Shown: positions 47,765 to 58,673 of the stretch, piece by piece
How positions within the stretch are numbered: position 1 is the first letter of the stretch
Layout: each line of letters begins with the position of its first letter
Virus record (IMG/VR): IMGVR_UViG_3300013121_000034
Span: 1-64,000 of that record
Reading direction: 5' to 3' (one strand)
Length of the DNA stretch: 64,000 nucleotides
Origin: a virus
Lineage: Duplodnaviria; Caudoviricetes
The notes under the pieces: generated by a model
The model's input: the letters and a program-made list of their open reading frames with translations, nothing else
What the model was told of the DNA's origin: nothing
The model's database searches: none
Program-made: the position numbers and the translations under genes

Positions 47765-47801
47765 AGTTCTTAATCTTCAACGAAAGAGAGGACTGTTGAC
47801 C

Positions 47802-48176
47802 ATGAATACCAAGGTGACTGCGCTGCACAAATCGAAGAAAGCGTCCGTTGAGGAACGCTTCGAAAAGATCAAGAAGCATCTTGCGACTCTGGCGAAAATG
47901 CCGAAGGACAAGATGCGCGTGAAGACCGTGTTGAAGGCGATCACGAAAATCAACGCGCATGGTTTGATTACGTTCGCCATTATGCCTGACGACGGCCAGT
48001 TTTCTTGCGCGTCGTTGGTCGTGAAGGCGTCGTTGTCGGCTGCGCCTGATATTGTGATGAACTACGCGCGCGAAAAGTACCCGGCGAATATAGCTGAGTC
48101 GCCGAACGAAACGTGGCTCGTTTTCGCCGCATCGTATCGGGCGAAAACGAAGCGAGAGAAAATGAAGGCAGCTTAG
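47802..48176 (+). CDS. Hypothetical basic protein
   Basis: GAGG RBS right after the array. Confidence 0.7.
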   Translation: MNTKVTALHKSKKASVEERFEKIKKHLATLAKMPKDKMRVKTVLKAITKINAHGLITFAIMPDDGQFSCASLVVKASLSAAPDIVMNYAREKYPANIAESPNETWLVFAASYRAKTKREKMKAA

Positions 48177-48207
48177 GAGAAATCTGCCATGAACTACTAC
48201 GCGAAAA

Positions 48208-48636
48208 TTGCTCCGTTCTTATCTAGTGGCAAGAACGGAGGACTGCATGCGTTCGGATATGAAGGACGTAATCATCAATACGGTGCGCGGCTATGGCCTT
48301 TGGGGCGCGTATCCGTCGCGAAAACTGAGGGAGGAATATCCCCTCGATTTGGATGACGACGACTCCAACATCGTTGTCTATGTGAAGCAGAAACCGACGA
48401 AGACGAAGATTTTTTCGGATCGCCTGAATCCGCTCATTCGGTTTCTGGAAAAGAACGTCGGCAGGAATTGGGACGACGTTTGGTCGGAAATCTGCAAGGT
48501 GAACGATTATCGTTGCGTGCGTAGCCGTCATTTGCGCGACCATGCATGGTGGAGGCGCAAATACAAATACATCGTGTTCGGATTCCACGTCGACGATGAC
48601 GGACGCCTCGCTCGCGGCTATAATCCGATTTTGTGA
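48208..48636 (+). CDS. Hypothetical protein
   Basis: LNPLIRFLEKNVGRNWDDVWSEI; likely start near 48247 after GGAGG. Confidence 0.65.
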   Translation: MLRSYLVARTEDCMRSDMKDVIINTVRGYGLWGAYPSRKLREEYPLDLDDDDSNIVVYVKQKPTKTKIFSDRLNPLIRFLEKNVGRNWDDVWSEICKVNDYRCVRSRHLRDHAWWRRKYKYIVFGFHVDDDGRLARGYNPIL

Positions 48637-48699
48637 GAGGTAAAGGGAGAGGGCGGGGAAACTCGCCCTCCCTTTTCATATGCAACACGGGAGAAAAGA

Positions 48700-49020
48700 A
48701 TGAACGACGCTGCAATTCGTGAGGTTTTATCAAAAACACTCGACATAACAGGAGACGACGAACCGATACCGCGCCTGACTTACACGATTTTTGTTTTCGA
48801 TTGTCCGTCTGAAATTGATTGGACAGACGACGCGGTTTTGGAAAAGCAAACGCCTGTAATTGCCTTTACGACGTCGGATGAAGACGTCTTCAAAAAAGAA
48901 CGCGCATGGATGATGGCGTGGCAGCCAATTGGTCGAATTTTGCAGACACAGGTCAAGCTGTATGCCCTTGCGCATAAGAAAAATCCAGTTGTCAGAATTT
49001 CTACACAACGAATCGCGTAG
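48700..49020 (+). CDS. Hypothetical protein
   Basis: GGAG RBS after hairpin 48643-48676. Confidence 0.6.
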   Translation: MNDAAIREVLSKTLDITGDDEPIPRLTYTIFVFDCPSEIDWTDDAVLEKQTPVIAFTTSDEDVFKKERAWMMAWQPIGRILQTQVKLYALAHKKNPVVRISTQRIA

Positions 49021-49031
49021 AGAGAATAAGA

Positions 49032-49340
49032 ATGGAAGATGATGCCGTCTCCAAGTTCACCGGCATAAAACCGACAAAACGCTACCAATTATCTTTGGTC
49101 GATCCCGCAACAGGAAAACGGACAGGAGAGACCTTGACTGTTGGCGAACGCGTCGCCGACTCTATTCGCGAACTAACACAAGAGTCGGCGAGCCTTGAAA
49201 ACTACACTGCCAAACTCAAAGCGAAAAAGCGTCCTACATCACGCATAGTCGATTTGAACGTTGGCATAAACGACACGCTTGCTTCCGGGTTTGAAATCCG
49301 CGAGCAAAAACCCAAGCGTAAATCACGGAGAATGAAATGA
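49032..49340 (+). CDS. Hypothetical protein
   Basis: ORF in run. Confidence 0.55.
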   Translation: MEDDAVSKFTGIKPTKRYQLSLVDPATGKRTGETLTVGERVADSIRELTQESASLENYTAKLKAKKRPTSRIVDLNVGINDTLASGFEIREQKPKRKSRRMK

Positions 49341-50122
49341 CGAACCTCACCGACTTCGCATGGCATGTGCCTGTCGAAGAACCGTTTTCTTTTTTCCTAT
49401 CAACAGACCCTCGCGATCCTACTGCGGGACACGCGTTTCTCGATGCGTGCAGTGTCGCGCGCCGCATTATCAACGAGGATGAATACGAGGCGCTTAAAAA
49501 AGCGCACCAACGCGATTACGTTGGAGTCGTTTCATTTGCCGCTTGGCTGACCAAGCGTATGCACGAATTTTACGCTTCGACCGGCAAAGCCGTCGACGAC
49601 TGCTTCGAAATCATTTTCGAGTTGGAAAACTACTTGCGCAGCCGTGAAGGAAAAGAAAACGAGCCCTTCGGCGATAATCACGCGTTCATGTATCTCAACC
49701 TTGTTTGCTCGCACGACTATCCGGCGTCGCCGTCTGTAGTTGTGACGCCAAAAGAATGGCCTGCGCAGCAGTTGATTGCGTTTCCAGTGAATGCTTATGG
49801 CACGAGTGAAGAATCGTGGACGGTAATGTCGCGCCAGTCGATTATTGATTGGTGGAAAACGCGAAGCTTCCTTCACCCGACCAATCTTTTGGTATCCTCG
49901 CTCAAGGATTTATCTGATGCACATTCATACGCTCAAGTCTATGCGTCGGCGTATGCGACATTTACGGCAGCGCGTGAACGTGCCGAAAGAGGGCTGCAAA
50001 AGGCGTCCGTCAACGATGCTGAAATCAAGCGTGTCAGCGTCTTTGCAATCAATGCGATGGCAATGGGAGCGGCTCAAGCTTTCGGACTCACAAGTCCAAA
50101 GCCGCCAGAATATCCCAAGTAA
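49337..50122 (+). CDS. Hypothetical protein
   Basis: ACGGAGA RBS; 261 aa. Confidence 0.7.
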   Translation: MTNLTDFAWHVPVEEPFSFFLSTDPRDPTAGHAFLDACSVARRIINEDEYEALKKAHQRDYVGVVSFAAWLTKRMHEFYASTGKAVDDCFEIIFELENYLRSREGKENEPFGDNHAFMYLNLVCSHDYPASPSVVVTPKEWPAQQLIAFPVNAYGTSEESWTVMSRQSIIDWWKTRSFLHPTNLLVSSLKDLSDAHSYAQVYASAYATFTAARERAERGLQKASVNDAEIKRVSVFAINAMAMGAAQAFGLTSPKPPEYPK

Positions 50123-50512
50123 GGAAGCACGCGCACCGCTTTCGATTCATCCGGTGCAAAAAGAGTCGAAGGCAGTCCGTTACGGACATATTCCGTATGA
50201 AGGATATGTCCGTCCGAAAAAACCGGACGGCATGTCGTTGTCGGAATGGGCGGACAGCGTTTTCAAATCGGACAAGGCTTACAAATTGCCGTGGCCGAAA
50301 TGGCAATTCTTTGTGCGCATGTCTTACACGCGTCCCGGCACCTACGGGACCGTGTATTTGTGTTTGCCGTTCCTCGCATTCAACGAGGAGTCGGCAGCAA
50401 AGCAAGCTGCGAATTTCGTGAAGATAAAACGCGGCACCGTTCTTTCCATGTGGCGCGATAAACCCGTGTCGTGGAAAGGGTACAACGTTCCGTGGAATAA
50501 GGACCGTCGCAA

Positions 50513-51094
50513 GTGAAACGTCCTATTACGATTGATGGCGTAAAGTTTGCTTCGATTGTAGAAGCCGCTAGAGCGTTGAAGATACCTACGAAAACTTTAC
50601 GCACACGTCTTCATCGTGGACGCAAGGGAAGGCGTTTAATCGGTAAAGACGTCAGGATTATGAATCCGGTTACGGTTGGAAGGAAAAAGTTCGCGGCTTT
50701 GAAACAAGCCGCGCGCTATTTTGGAGTTCATCCTAACACAGCACGCGATAGATTGCGTAAAGGATGGACCCCGTTAGAAACGTTTGTAACGATGGACCGA
50801 ATACGTTCCGATGAATGTAAAGGAATTGTCTATCTTATATGGAATGATAAAAATAAGAAAGTGTACGTTGGATTAACTACGCAGCCGTTAATGTGGAGGT
50901 TCAACGAACATCTATCCGCGCATCGTTATCCATACATTCCAATGAAACTGTATGACGCGATGCGACGTATAGGTTCTAAATATTTTCACATTAGGGTGCT
51001 AGCAAGAACTTGTAGCTTAAAATCTTTACGTGAACTGGAGAAAAAGTATATCATAAAATTTGACGCGGTAAAAAACGGTTACAATAGCTTTTGA
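50513..51094 (+). CDS. GIY-YIG homing endonuclease with N-terminal HTH repeats
   Basis: GIVYLIWN...VYVGLT...RFNEH...LEKKYI...GYN; two F.S..EAAR..G/K HTH repeats; AT-rich. Confidence 0.85.
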   Translation: MKRPITIDGVKFASIVEAARALKIPTKTLRTRLHRGRKGRRLIGKDVRIMNPVTVGRKKFAALKQAARYFGVHPNTARDRLRKGWTPLETFVTMDRIRSDECKGIVYLIWNDKNKKVYVGLTTQPLMWRFNEHLSAHRYPYIPMKLYDAMRRIGSKYFHIRVLARTCSLKSLRELEKKYIIKFDAVKNGYNSF

Positions 51095-51369
51095 AGATCG
51101 GAGAAAGTGATGACACTTGGGAATCCGCCGTGGGCGAAAGCTGCGCCGCACACGACGTATCCTACAAAAAGACGCGGTGGGGGATGGGCGTTTTCGTTTC
51201 GTTATTTCAATCCGCGTGTAAACGGAGAAGGTGTTGACGAAGCGATTGCGTCGTCGTTGACAGTGTGGCCGAAACGACAAACGGCCAAAGAGAGAATGAA
51301 AGACTTGGTAGAGGAATTGAACGGAACGATCCTCTATCCTTACACACTCACAGAAAGGAAATCTGAGCC

Positions 51370-51765
51370 ATGAAAAAGATGCTGTTTTGGATCGGCCTTG
51401 TGCCGATGTTTTTGTTTGCGGCTTACGCTGGTCCGCTGACGTTCAACGACTACTCGCCGGTCATTTACACATGCGAGTGCGGTAACGAGCGAATTGTCGT
51501 TACGATACTCAAGGCCGACAACGAGGTTTATCATCAAGATTATCTCGTGCCTGACGGCTTGTTCGAAATCACAGATGAAAAAGTTAGCTACGCCATAGCC
51601 ATTATCGACGAAGCCGGGCGTGATTTCGTAGTTGAGAACGAAATCAATTTCGATAACGACGTGATGACGACGGCAATTTTCGAAGGTATAAATCCGGTAA
51701 CGAATCGTATGATCGATACGTTCGAAACGTTGTGCTTATACGATGGTCCACCACGAACAAGGTAA
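51370..51765 (+). CDS. Secreted/periplasmic hypothetical protein
   Basis: Signal peptide MKKMLFWIGLVPMFLFAAYA. Confidence 0.6.
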   Translation: MKKMLFWIGLVPMFLFAAYAGPLTFNDYSPVIYTCECGNERIVVTILKADNEVYHQDYLVPDGLFEITDEKVSYAIAIIDEAGRDFVVENEINFDNDVMTTAIFEGINPVTNRMIDTFETLCLYDGPPRTR

Positions 51766-51794
51766 AGAAGGTTTGAAGCAATCGGAGAAGGCCC

Positions 51795-52253
51795 GTGAAG
51801 AAGATACACAAAGCCAACGAGTTCGACCCTTCCAAATATTCGCACACTGACATTTTCCCGGCGTTCGGTTATTTGCTGATCGCGTATTACCGACCGTTGT
51901 ATCAAAAGCTGATTGTGGAGACAGTGAAAGGCCGCACGGAGCATACGACGCTGTTCAAGTTCAAAAGAACGGAGTCGGAGAAATCGAGCGGCAAGCGAGA
52001 AATCGAGACGGTGTTGTATGCACAGGTCTACGTTTCGAAAAACTCGTATCGCATGGTGGTGCGTTCGTTTGTGAACGGCAAAGAAAAGTCGAGCGAACGT
52101 TCGCCGACTTTCAAGTCGTATAGCGAGTTGAACGCACACGTCTTCCATTTCGTCACTCATGGCCGCTATGTCAAAAAAGCAAAAGAAGAACCCAAGCGAA
52201 AACTACGAGTCATCAAAGACGCCAAAACAAAAAGGCGAATCTGGAAACGCTAA
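51795..52253 (+). CDS. Hypothetical protein
   Basis: GGAGA RBS; AGGTAAAG upstream. Confidence 0.65.
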   Translation: MKKIHKANEFDPSKYSHTDIFPAFGYLLIAYYRPLYQKLIVETVKGRTEHTTLFKFKRTESEKSSGKREIETVLYAQVYVSKNSYRMVVRSFVNGKEKSSERSPTFKSYSELNAHVFHFVTHGRYVKKAKEEPKRKLRVIKDAKTKRRIWKR

Positions 52254-52710
52254 GAAACTGTGGGAGATGTTTTTGCGTTATGGCAACGGCGCAAACAAGC
52301 CTGAGCAATATCAACGACTAGGTTTCACAGGGCCGGAAACGTTTCTCGATGCCGTAGCCGAAGCCGAACGACTGCGTGGCCTTTTGAAGCGTGTTGGTAA
52401 CTACAAAAAGTTGGCGCTGATTTGTGTAGCGCGCGAAAATACCATGAAGCTTTACGGTGCAATGCCGTCCAGCCTTGGATATTTCGGACACTCTGGTCAA
52501 CCGAAATTCGTTCGCGATGCAGTCAAAGCGTCCAAGCAACGACATGAGGAAGCTTCGAAAAAACGTCCGACGATCAAGCCGAAGGAAATGGATATGTCCA
52601 CATTTACGGCGCGCGGCGTAGAGAAGCCTGCGACGGCAAAGAAAAAGAGTGCGATCCAATCGAGTTCGACACTCGCCAAATCGCTTCACACCTTGTTGAA
52701 AATGAAATGA
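52159..52710 (+). CDS. Hypothetical protein
   Basis: Likely start MFLRYG near 52267. Confidence 0.55.
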   Translation: MAAMSKKQKKNPSENYESSKTPKQKGESGNAKKLWEMFLRYGNGANKPEQYQRLGFTGPETFLDAVAEAERLRGLLKRVGNYKKLALICVARENTMKLYGAMPSSLGYFGHSGQPKFVRDAVKASKQRHEEASKKRPTIKPKEMDMSTFTARGVEKPATAKKKSAIQSSSTLAKSLHTLLKMK

Positions 52711-52717
52711 GGCCGCT

Positions 52718-53017
52718 ATGGATTTATCACCGCCAGAATGGCTACTCGTTTATCGCCCGGCTGCACTATGCTTTCTTTTTGGCGTGCTGTTTATGCTATG
52801 GGCGATAGTGTTCATTCTCGGTAAGCCTATCATGCCGTGGATGAAACGCATGCCTTACACGCGCGAAGACGCAATAATTAGTCGTGGCAACGACGTTGTG
52901 TATGAGCGCAGTTCACAAATTCCATCTTACAAAGTAGTGGGATGGATACTCATGCTAGTGGCGTTCATTTGCTTTATAGCAGGACTCCATTACGTGAGAG
53001 GAATCCAAGCACTGTAA
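52718..53017 (+). CDS. Two-TM membrane protein
   Basis: Two hydrophobic helices. Confidence 0.65.
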   Translation: MDLSPPEWLLVYRPAALCFLFGVLFMLWAIVFILGKPIMPWMKRMPYTREDAIISRGNDVVYERSSQIPSYKVVGWILMLVAFICFIAGLHYVRGIQAL

Positions 53018-53031
53018 TCCCTCAATGGAGA

Positions 53032-53760
53032 ATGACGACCATGTTCACGACAGTAAGAGCCGCCCGTCAAATGAGCGGCGTCGCCGCTTCGACGGTCAAT
53101 ACGTTTATCCGCCAGCATCCCGAGTTCGGCGGAAAGGAAGGCGAAACGAAACCGTTGCCGATGTATATGATTCACGATGCAGGCGACGACTACGGCTGGA
53201 ATCTTTTTTGGGATAAGCCGTCCTCTATCCTTCCGATAACGCCGGAACAGCTTGAATTTGCTCGCGCCTATGTGTCCGAACACGTCGGCGACAAAATTCC
53301 GGCTGTGCAAAAAGATTACATCGAGTCGGCGAAGACACATGCCGAACATGTTCAGCGCGCCCGTGCGCTTATGGATGCGATGAAGCGTCCTGAGCGTGTT
53401 GCCTTCCACGCAGATTTTGCTACCAAGTTTTTCGGTGCGACTGCTACGCCGCCTGAAAAGGCAGATGAAAGCATGGAGGTATTTCAGGCGCGCGGAAAGT
53501 CGCCTGCACCCGCCAAGCCTGTTGAAAATGCGGAAGAAAAGAAAGCGGCTTCAACAACCGCTGAACCTGAACGCTCGAAGAAAGTCGACGACGCTGTGCT
53601 GCTTATCGCGCGCACGTTTGTCGCCATGCAAAAACAAGCGTTGCCGATCAAGACGGCGCTAGGCAATGCGTGGGTGGGTGAAACCATTCGCGGAGTCGTT
53701 GGTCCGCTTATGCTCTCGAATAAAGATCGAGCGGAGCTAATCAAGCTTCTCGGCGGTTAA
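53032..53760 (+). CDS. Hypothetical protein
   Basis: GGAGA RBS; followed by hairpin 53784-53822. Confidence 0.65.
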   Translation: MTTMFTTVRAARQMSGVAASTVNTFIRQHPEFGGKEGETKPLPMYMIHDAGDDYGWNLFWDKPSSILPITPEQLEFARAYVSEHVGDKIPAVQKDYIESAKTHAEHVQRARALMDAMKRPERVAFHADFATKFFGATATPPEKADESMEVFQARGKSPAPAKPVENAEEKKAASTTAEPERSKKVDDAVLLIARTFVAMQKQALPIKTALGNAWVGETIRGVVGPLMLSNKDRAELIKLLGG

Positions 53761-53854
53761 ACATGCAATAACCGACTGAGATATAACGGGGTCGGTGATG
53801 GTCCTAGTAGCCGACCCCGTTATGACTTTTTTGATCCATCAAACGGAGAATGAA

Positions 53855-54565
53855 ATGCCTCGTTCCAGTAAAAAGAATCCTGCCAAGACACGCGTGTTGA
53901 TTTACGCTCAAAGTCGGTTGGCCGGATTGCCGCGTGTATCGCGCGGATATTCCTCAGACAGCAAGTCGTTGCAAATACGCATTGACGTGAAGCGTTCGAC
54001 GCTCGCGCGTGCGTGTGAAAATCCTTCCATCGGAACATGGGGACCGATTGGAAAATCAGAAGCGGATTCTGTCGTCAAATCAGTCAAGGCAATGCGCCTT
54101 ACACACGGATCACGCCTAATAAAGGGTTGGCATTCGTGTGCACTGTGCAAAGAACGCTGTGACACGTGTTCTACAATCAACGGTTCGATTAGCAAAATCG
54201 GGCATGTAAATGGTCTGCGGAGATTTGTGACGTTTATAACGGTCGACTCGCTGCTGCTCCATTATCTTACGGAGCATAGCAAAGACGTTCTGATCGATGC
54301 TTTCGCTATGCGTTTCCTGATACTCGCGGGCGGTCAGCGTATCGACGACAACGTGCCTACGAATATTCAGATTGCTGATCTTGAAAGAGCGTGGAACGAG
54401 CATATAAAGGCGTCGAAACGCGCTCGTCTTTTGATGGACGTGGATGACGATTTGCTGAACTTGCAAAAAACAGCGGAGCGTTTGCGTAGCCGTATCAAGG
54501 CAGTGTTGACGGGCGTGGAGCTGCCCGATCCTGTCGATGACGACGACGCTGACGACGAAGAATAA
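53855..54565 (+). CDS. Hypothetical protein with CxxC and acidic tail
   Basis: GWHSCALC...HYLTEH. Confidence 0.65.
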   Translation: MPRSSKKNPAKTRVLIYAQSRLAGLPRVSRGYSSDSKSLQIRIDVKRSTLARACENPSIGTWGPIGKSEADSVVKSVKAMRLTHGSRLIKGWHSCALCKERCDTCSTINGSISKIGHVNGLRRFVTFITVDSLLLHYLTEHSKDVLIDAFAMRFLILAGGQRIDDNVPTNIQIADLERAWNEHIKASKRARLLMDVDDDLLNLQKTAERLRSRIKAVLTGVELPDPVDDDDADDEE

Positions 54566-54591
54566 AGTTTCCAAACGCAACGGAGAATACA

Positions 54592-56172
54592 ATGCACACG
54601 ACGATCCGACTACTTAAGGCCACGAAGCTGTGTGAGGGCGGGTTCAAGCGCCTCGTGGACACGCTTGGCACGATCAATTTGATCGATCAGGATTTGCCGA
54701 TTCCGATTTGGTACATCTTGAAGTCGGCTGACATATCCGACGACCTGCCGTGGATTATGACCAATGCCTATATCCACGACGAAAAAGAATGGGAGCGCGT
54801 AAGCAAGCCGCTGCAAACAGCAGCTTTCATTTTCGAAAGCTTTGGCGAACACGACTATCCGCATCATATGCTCGCGCCGCTCGTGCAGTTTATGGACATT
54901 GTAAATCCTGAACTGTTTATGAGCCTTCCGCGCAAAAATATGCCGTATGTAAAAGCAGCGGAGGCTATTCGTAAGCTTCCGGGTTTCGAGGAAGCCGCGC
55001 AGTCTGCAACAGCTATTTTCGAAGCCGTGTGTCCAACAATCAACAAGGCTGTGTTGGCGGAAGCTTTCAATATACCGCGACACGAAATTGTTGAACAAGA
55101 AAAAGTGTTCGCTGATATGGGTAAGGCAGCACAAATATCCGTTGCCAAGGGGACGCGATGCGTAGCTGACCGCAACTACATCTATGTGCAACCGCAGACG
55201 GGGTTTCGAGCGCATATGGAGTTGCTGCCTCATTATGAAAAGTGGGTGCAGTTCATCACTGCGCATATCGCGCTGCGAACGATATTTGCGAACGCCGCGC
55301 AGTTTAAGTGGATATTTCCGGTAGGCATTGCGGGGCGTGGTTCTTTTATGGCGTCGCTAACTAGCTCAATGGTAGATGTTGGCCGTCAGCACGAATTCCG
55401 GTCTATTGATCGCGCGTTGTTTGTTGATGCGCTGATCGACTTGTCGACTGGTGACGGCAAGCTTTCGCAAAATGTAACGTCCGCTTTGCGCAAACGGTCG
55501 GCATATTTGGTTCACCGTTATCAGACGGAAACCAATTTGCACCTAAAGAAGACCTTCTGGAAAGGAAGGTATAACAACCAGCACCTACTCGACTTTTGGC
55601 GTGATTTTGCACCGTCTCTTGCAGAGTTTGAAAAGAAGCTGTTCGAAATCAAACTGACGCAGGCGACAAGCGATTACGCTCCGCTCATTGGCTCGCTGCC
55701 GAGAAATAAGATGGTGCGCGTAGAAGGCACAACGTCTGTTGTGTTTGTAGTGGACAACGAGTCATTGGCAGAAGCGATCCAGTTGGATATTTGCGCCTTC
55801 ACGCGTAAATCCGTTGGCGTAAAAGGTGCCGCTGAAATCGAAGCCTTGTTGGAGCATGGCATAAAGGCTCCGGCACCAAAGTCTTTCAATTCTTTGTCGA
55901 AGCGAACGCGCGATGAAGCCTATGCTGAATTTTTGGGCGACGATGCTCCGATAAGGGATGAAGACTCGGACGAAGACGACGAAGATGATGACGAGTCCGA
56001 TGAATCCGAGGAAAATCAAGAGGGCGAAGACGAGGAAGCGGAAATTGACGACGACGCACCGACTACACCGCGCCGTGCGCGTCCGCCCGCGCGTATAAGA
56101 TCGCCGCGTTCTGCGACGACGGTAAATAACACGACCGTTGGAATGGATGGCGTTGAGCGGCCAGCCCTGTAA
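54592..56172 (+). CDS. Hypothetical protein (526 aa, acidic C-terminal region)
   Basis: ACGGAGA RBS; long ORF. Confidence 0.75.
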   Translation: MHTTIRLLKATKLCEGGFKRLVDTLGTINLIDQDLPIPIWYILKSADISDDLPWIMTNAYIHDEKEWERVSKPLQTAAFIFESFGEHDYPHHMLAPLVQFMDIVNPELFMSLPRKNMPYVKAAEAIRKLPGFEEAAQSATAIFEAVCPTINKAVLAEAFNIPRHEIVEQEKVFADMGKAAQISVAKGTRCVADRNYIYVQPQTGFRAHMELLPHYEKWVQFITAHIALRTIFANAAQFKWIFPVGIAGRGSFMASLTSSMVDVGRQHEFRSIDRALFVDALIDLSTGDGKLSQNVTSALRKRSAYLVHRYQTETNLHLKKTFWKGRYNNQHLLDFWRDFAPSLAEFEKKLFEIKLTQATSDYAPLIGSLPRNKMVRVEGTTSVVFVVDNESLAEAIQLDICAFTRKSVGVKGAAEIEALLEHGIKAPAPKSFNSLSKRTRDEAYAEFLGDDAPIRDEDSDEDDEDDDESDESEENQEGEDEEAEIDDDAPTTPRRARPPARIRSPRSATTVNNTTVGMDGVERPAL

Positions 56173-56250
56173 ATTCGCATGTGGTAAAGGATACGCGATA
56201 GGCGCGTAGTATTCGCGCCTTCGCGCGTTTCAAACTCAACGGAGAATGAC

Positions 56251-58173
56251 GTGACGAAAGACTACAAAGAGAGTGACGTCGATATTCTGGAATTTCCAGA
56301 GAACGTCCAAAAGAAGCCGGGCATGTATATCGGTTCGCCCGATTCATCCGGCAAGCAGCAATGCGGAAAGGAAATAACCGACAACGTTTTGGACGAGGCA
56401 CTCGCCGGACGCAATACGCGCTGCGGCGTTTCGTTCGAAAAAGATGGGTCCATGATTGTGTGGGATCACGGCGGCGGCATTCCCGTCGGCAAACACACAA
56501 AAACAGGCCGCTCGACTTTCATCGAGGTTTTTGCGCGCCTTCACGCTGGCGCGAAAATGAGCGTCGGAAAAGGCTACGAGGCTTCCGCCGGAACGCACGG
56601 TGTTGGTAGCGCAGTCGTCAACGCGCTGTCCGAGTTCTTTAACGTGTGGACGTTTCGCGATAATCAGTGGTGGGAAATCGGATTCCGAAAGGGTCATCTG
56701 AAAACCAAGCTGACAAAATCGAAAGCCCCGAAGCTGCCGAACGGCGATAAGGCGAAGCGCGGCACAGTCGTCCATTTCAAGCTGCATGATGCCTTCTTTT
56801 TGAAGAATGCGGTGTTGAAGCCGGACAAGATTTTGGAGTCGCTGGAAATCGCCAGCTATCTCTATCCGATGGTGAAATTCACCGTCATCAACAAAATCAC
56901 GGGCAAGACAAAAGAGTTTCATCGCCCGGACGGCCATAAGGAAATGCTCAGTAGACGTGCAACCGAGTTGGGCGTCGAGTTGCTGCACAAGCCGCTTTTC
57001 CTCATGACGAAAAATCTCAATCTCGTTGTGCAGTGGTCGGATCATACGAGCGAAGACATTGCGTCGTTCGTCAATGGTTCACCTACGCGTGACGGCGGCA
57101 CGCACGTCGATGGCCTATTCAAAGCCTTGCGTGATGCTATCAAGCCTTATCGCGGCAAAAAAGAGTTCGACCCTGAACATTTGCGCACCGGCATGCTTGG
57201 GATTTTGAATTTCAAAATGGCCGCGCCGATTTTTTCGTCGCAAACGAAAGAGAAGCTGAAATCGCCAGAGCCGAAAGACTCGGTGTATGAGCAAGCCTTC
57301 AAGGCGTTCAAGGAATACTTTGCAGCGAATAAGTCGTTCGCCGCATCGCTGTGCGCGCGTGCCGTTGAGTTCAAAACGCTTCACGACAATTTCAAGGCCA
57401 GCAAAAAACTGACGGCGGCTGTGTCTGATCGCAAGGCGAAGATGGAATTGCCTGCGAAGATGGCCGACTGTGAAACCAAAGACCCGAAAAAGCGCGAGTT
57501 GTATTTGGTGGAAGGCGACTCCGCAGCGGGACCGGCGAAGCAGTGTCGTGATCGACGCACGCAAATCATTTTGCCATTGCGCGGCAAAATCGTGAACGTG
57601 TATGGCAAAAACGAAAAGACGTTCGAATCGAGCAACGAGGTTATTTCGATCCTGCAAGCTATGGGAATCGATCTCAAGGCAAAGAACCCTGAGAAGTCGT
57701 TGCGTGTCGGCAAGGTGATTATCCTCGCAGACCCGGACGTTGATGGCGTGCATATCCAGTTGCTTGTTTTGTCGTTGCTCTATCGCGTGTTGCCGAAAGC
57801 GTTTGTCGATCAAATGGTCTACCTTGTGAACGCGCCGCTCTACATGGTGCGTCATAAGGGTAAGCTGCATTACGGCAACAGCGTTTCCAAGCTTCAAGAA
57901 AAAGTCCCTGAGAACGCACACAAGGATATTGTGCGAATCAAGGGATGGGGCGAGGTAAATGTGAGCGACGGCATTTTGCAAGAGGTTGCTTTCCAACCAC
58001 ATACGCGTCGCCTCATTCGCGTCGGCTCTGTACCGCGTGATAAAGAAGCGACGTTTATCGGATTGGCTGGCGGCGATCCATCGTCGCGTAAGCGTTTGCT
58101 GTTTTCGAAAATGCGCGACGATGCTGACAATCGCAAGGCTAACGACAATCGCAAAATGAAAAAGGCGGCGTAA
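56251..58173 (+). CDS. gyrB: Type IIA topoisomerase subunit B (GyrB/ParE-like)
   Basis: KPGMYIG, DNVLDEA, GTHGVG, VEGDSA, PLRGK, DPDVDG, KGWGE. Confidence 0.93.
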   Translation: MTKDYKESDVDILEFPENVQKKPGMYIGSPDSSGKQQCGKEITDNVLDEALAGRNTRCGVSFEKDGSMIVWDHGGGIPVGKHTKTGRSTFIEVFARLHAGAKMSVGKGYEASAGTHGVGSAVVNALSEFFNVWTFRDNQWWEIGFRKGHLKTKLTKSKAPKLPNGDKAKRGTVVHFKLHDAFFLKNAVLKPDKILESLEIASYLYPMVKFTVINKITGKTKEFHRPDGHKEMLSRRATELGVELLHKPLFLMTKNLNLVVQWSDHTSEDIASFVNGSPTRDGGTHVDGLFKALRDAIKPYRGKKEFDPEHLRTGMLGILNFKMAAPIFSSQTKEKLKSPEPKDSVYEQAFKAFKEYFAANKSFAASLCARAVEFKTLHDNFKASKKLTAAVSDRKAKMELPAKMADCETKDPKKRELYLVEGDSAAGPAKQCRDRRTQIILPLRGKIVNVYGKNEKTFESSNEVISILQAMGIDLKAKNPEKSLRVGKVIILADPDVDGVHIQLLVLSLLYRVLPKAFVDQMVYLVNAPLYMVRHKGKLHYGNSVSKLQEKVPENAHKDIVRIKGWGEVNVSDGILQEVAFQPHTRRLIRVGSVPRDKEATFIGLAGGDPSSRKRLLFSKMRDDADNRKANDNRKMKKAA

Positions 58174-58176
58174 AAC

Positions 58177-58581
58177 ATGCCTGTCAAAATCGCTGAGGTT
58201 GATGGATTGCCAATCGAAACGCGGTCCATTGGCGAGGTTTATGACGAACTCGGAAAACACATAAAGAAGCATGGGCGAGAACACCCGTTGCTTATTCGGC
58301 TGATTCCTCCGCCGAAGGAAAATGCTGAAACGGGCGAAGAAGAATTTGACCCCGACGAGGAAATGGTGACGGTTGCTCTTGATGTAATCGACCATGAAGC
58401 GGTGATTTCAGACGATCCCGAAATTGCCGAACCTGCGCATATCGCGCTTACTGCTGCGGTCCCTGATGATTTTCTAATGGAAGACCTTGGTGATGCAGAA
58501 AGCGACGATGACGATGATGATAAACCACGCGACGACGTGGATGATGACGACGATAATACGTCGTCGGATGATAGCGACTGA
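58177..58581 (+). CDS. Highly acidic hypothetical protein
   Basis: 134 aa, D/E rich, directly after gyrB. Confidence 0.65.
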   Translation: MPVKIAEVDGLPIETRSIGEVYDELGKHIKKHGREHPLLIRLIPPPKENAETGEEEFDPDEEMVTVALDVIDHEAVISDDPEIAEPAHIALTAAVPDDFLMEDLGDAESDDDDDDKPRDDVDDDDDNTSSDDSD

Positions 58582-58643
58582 AAATCCGCCGACTTCTAAA
58601 GAACGGACCTAAGTCGTTGATTCTGCACGACAATCTTGGGGGC

Positions 58644-58673
58644 TTGACGGCACCTAAGAACGCGTGATAGGAT
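58644..58673 (+). promoter_or_regulatory. Host sigma70-type promoter
   Basis: TTGACG-N18-TAGGAT with extended -10 TG. Confidence 0.55.

Noticed and set aside
57115-58395. 426 aa minus-strand ORF
   Set aside because: Antisense shadow of gyrB with no motifs, against the local gene direction.
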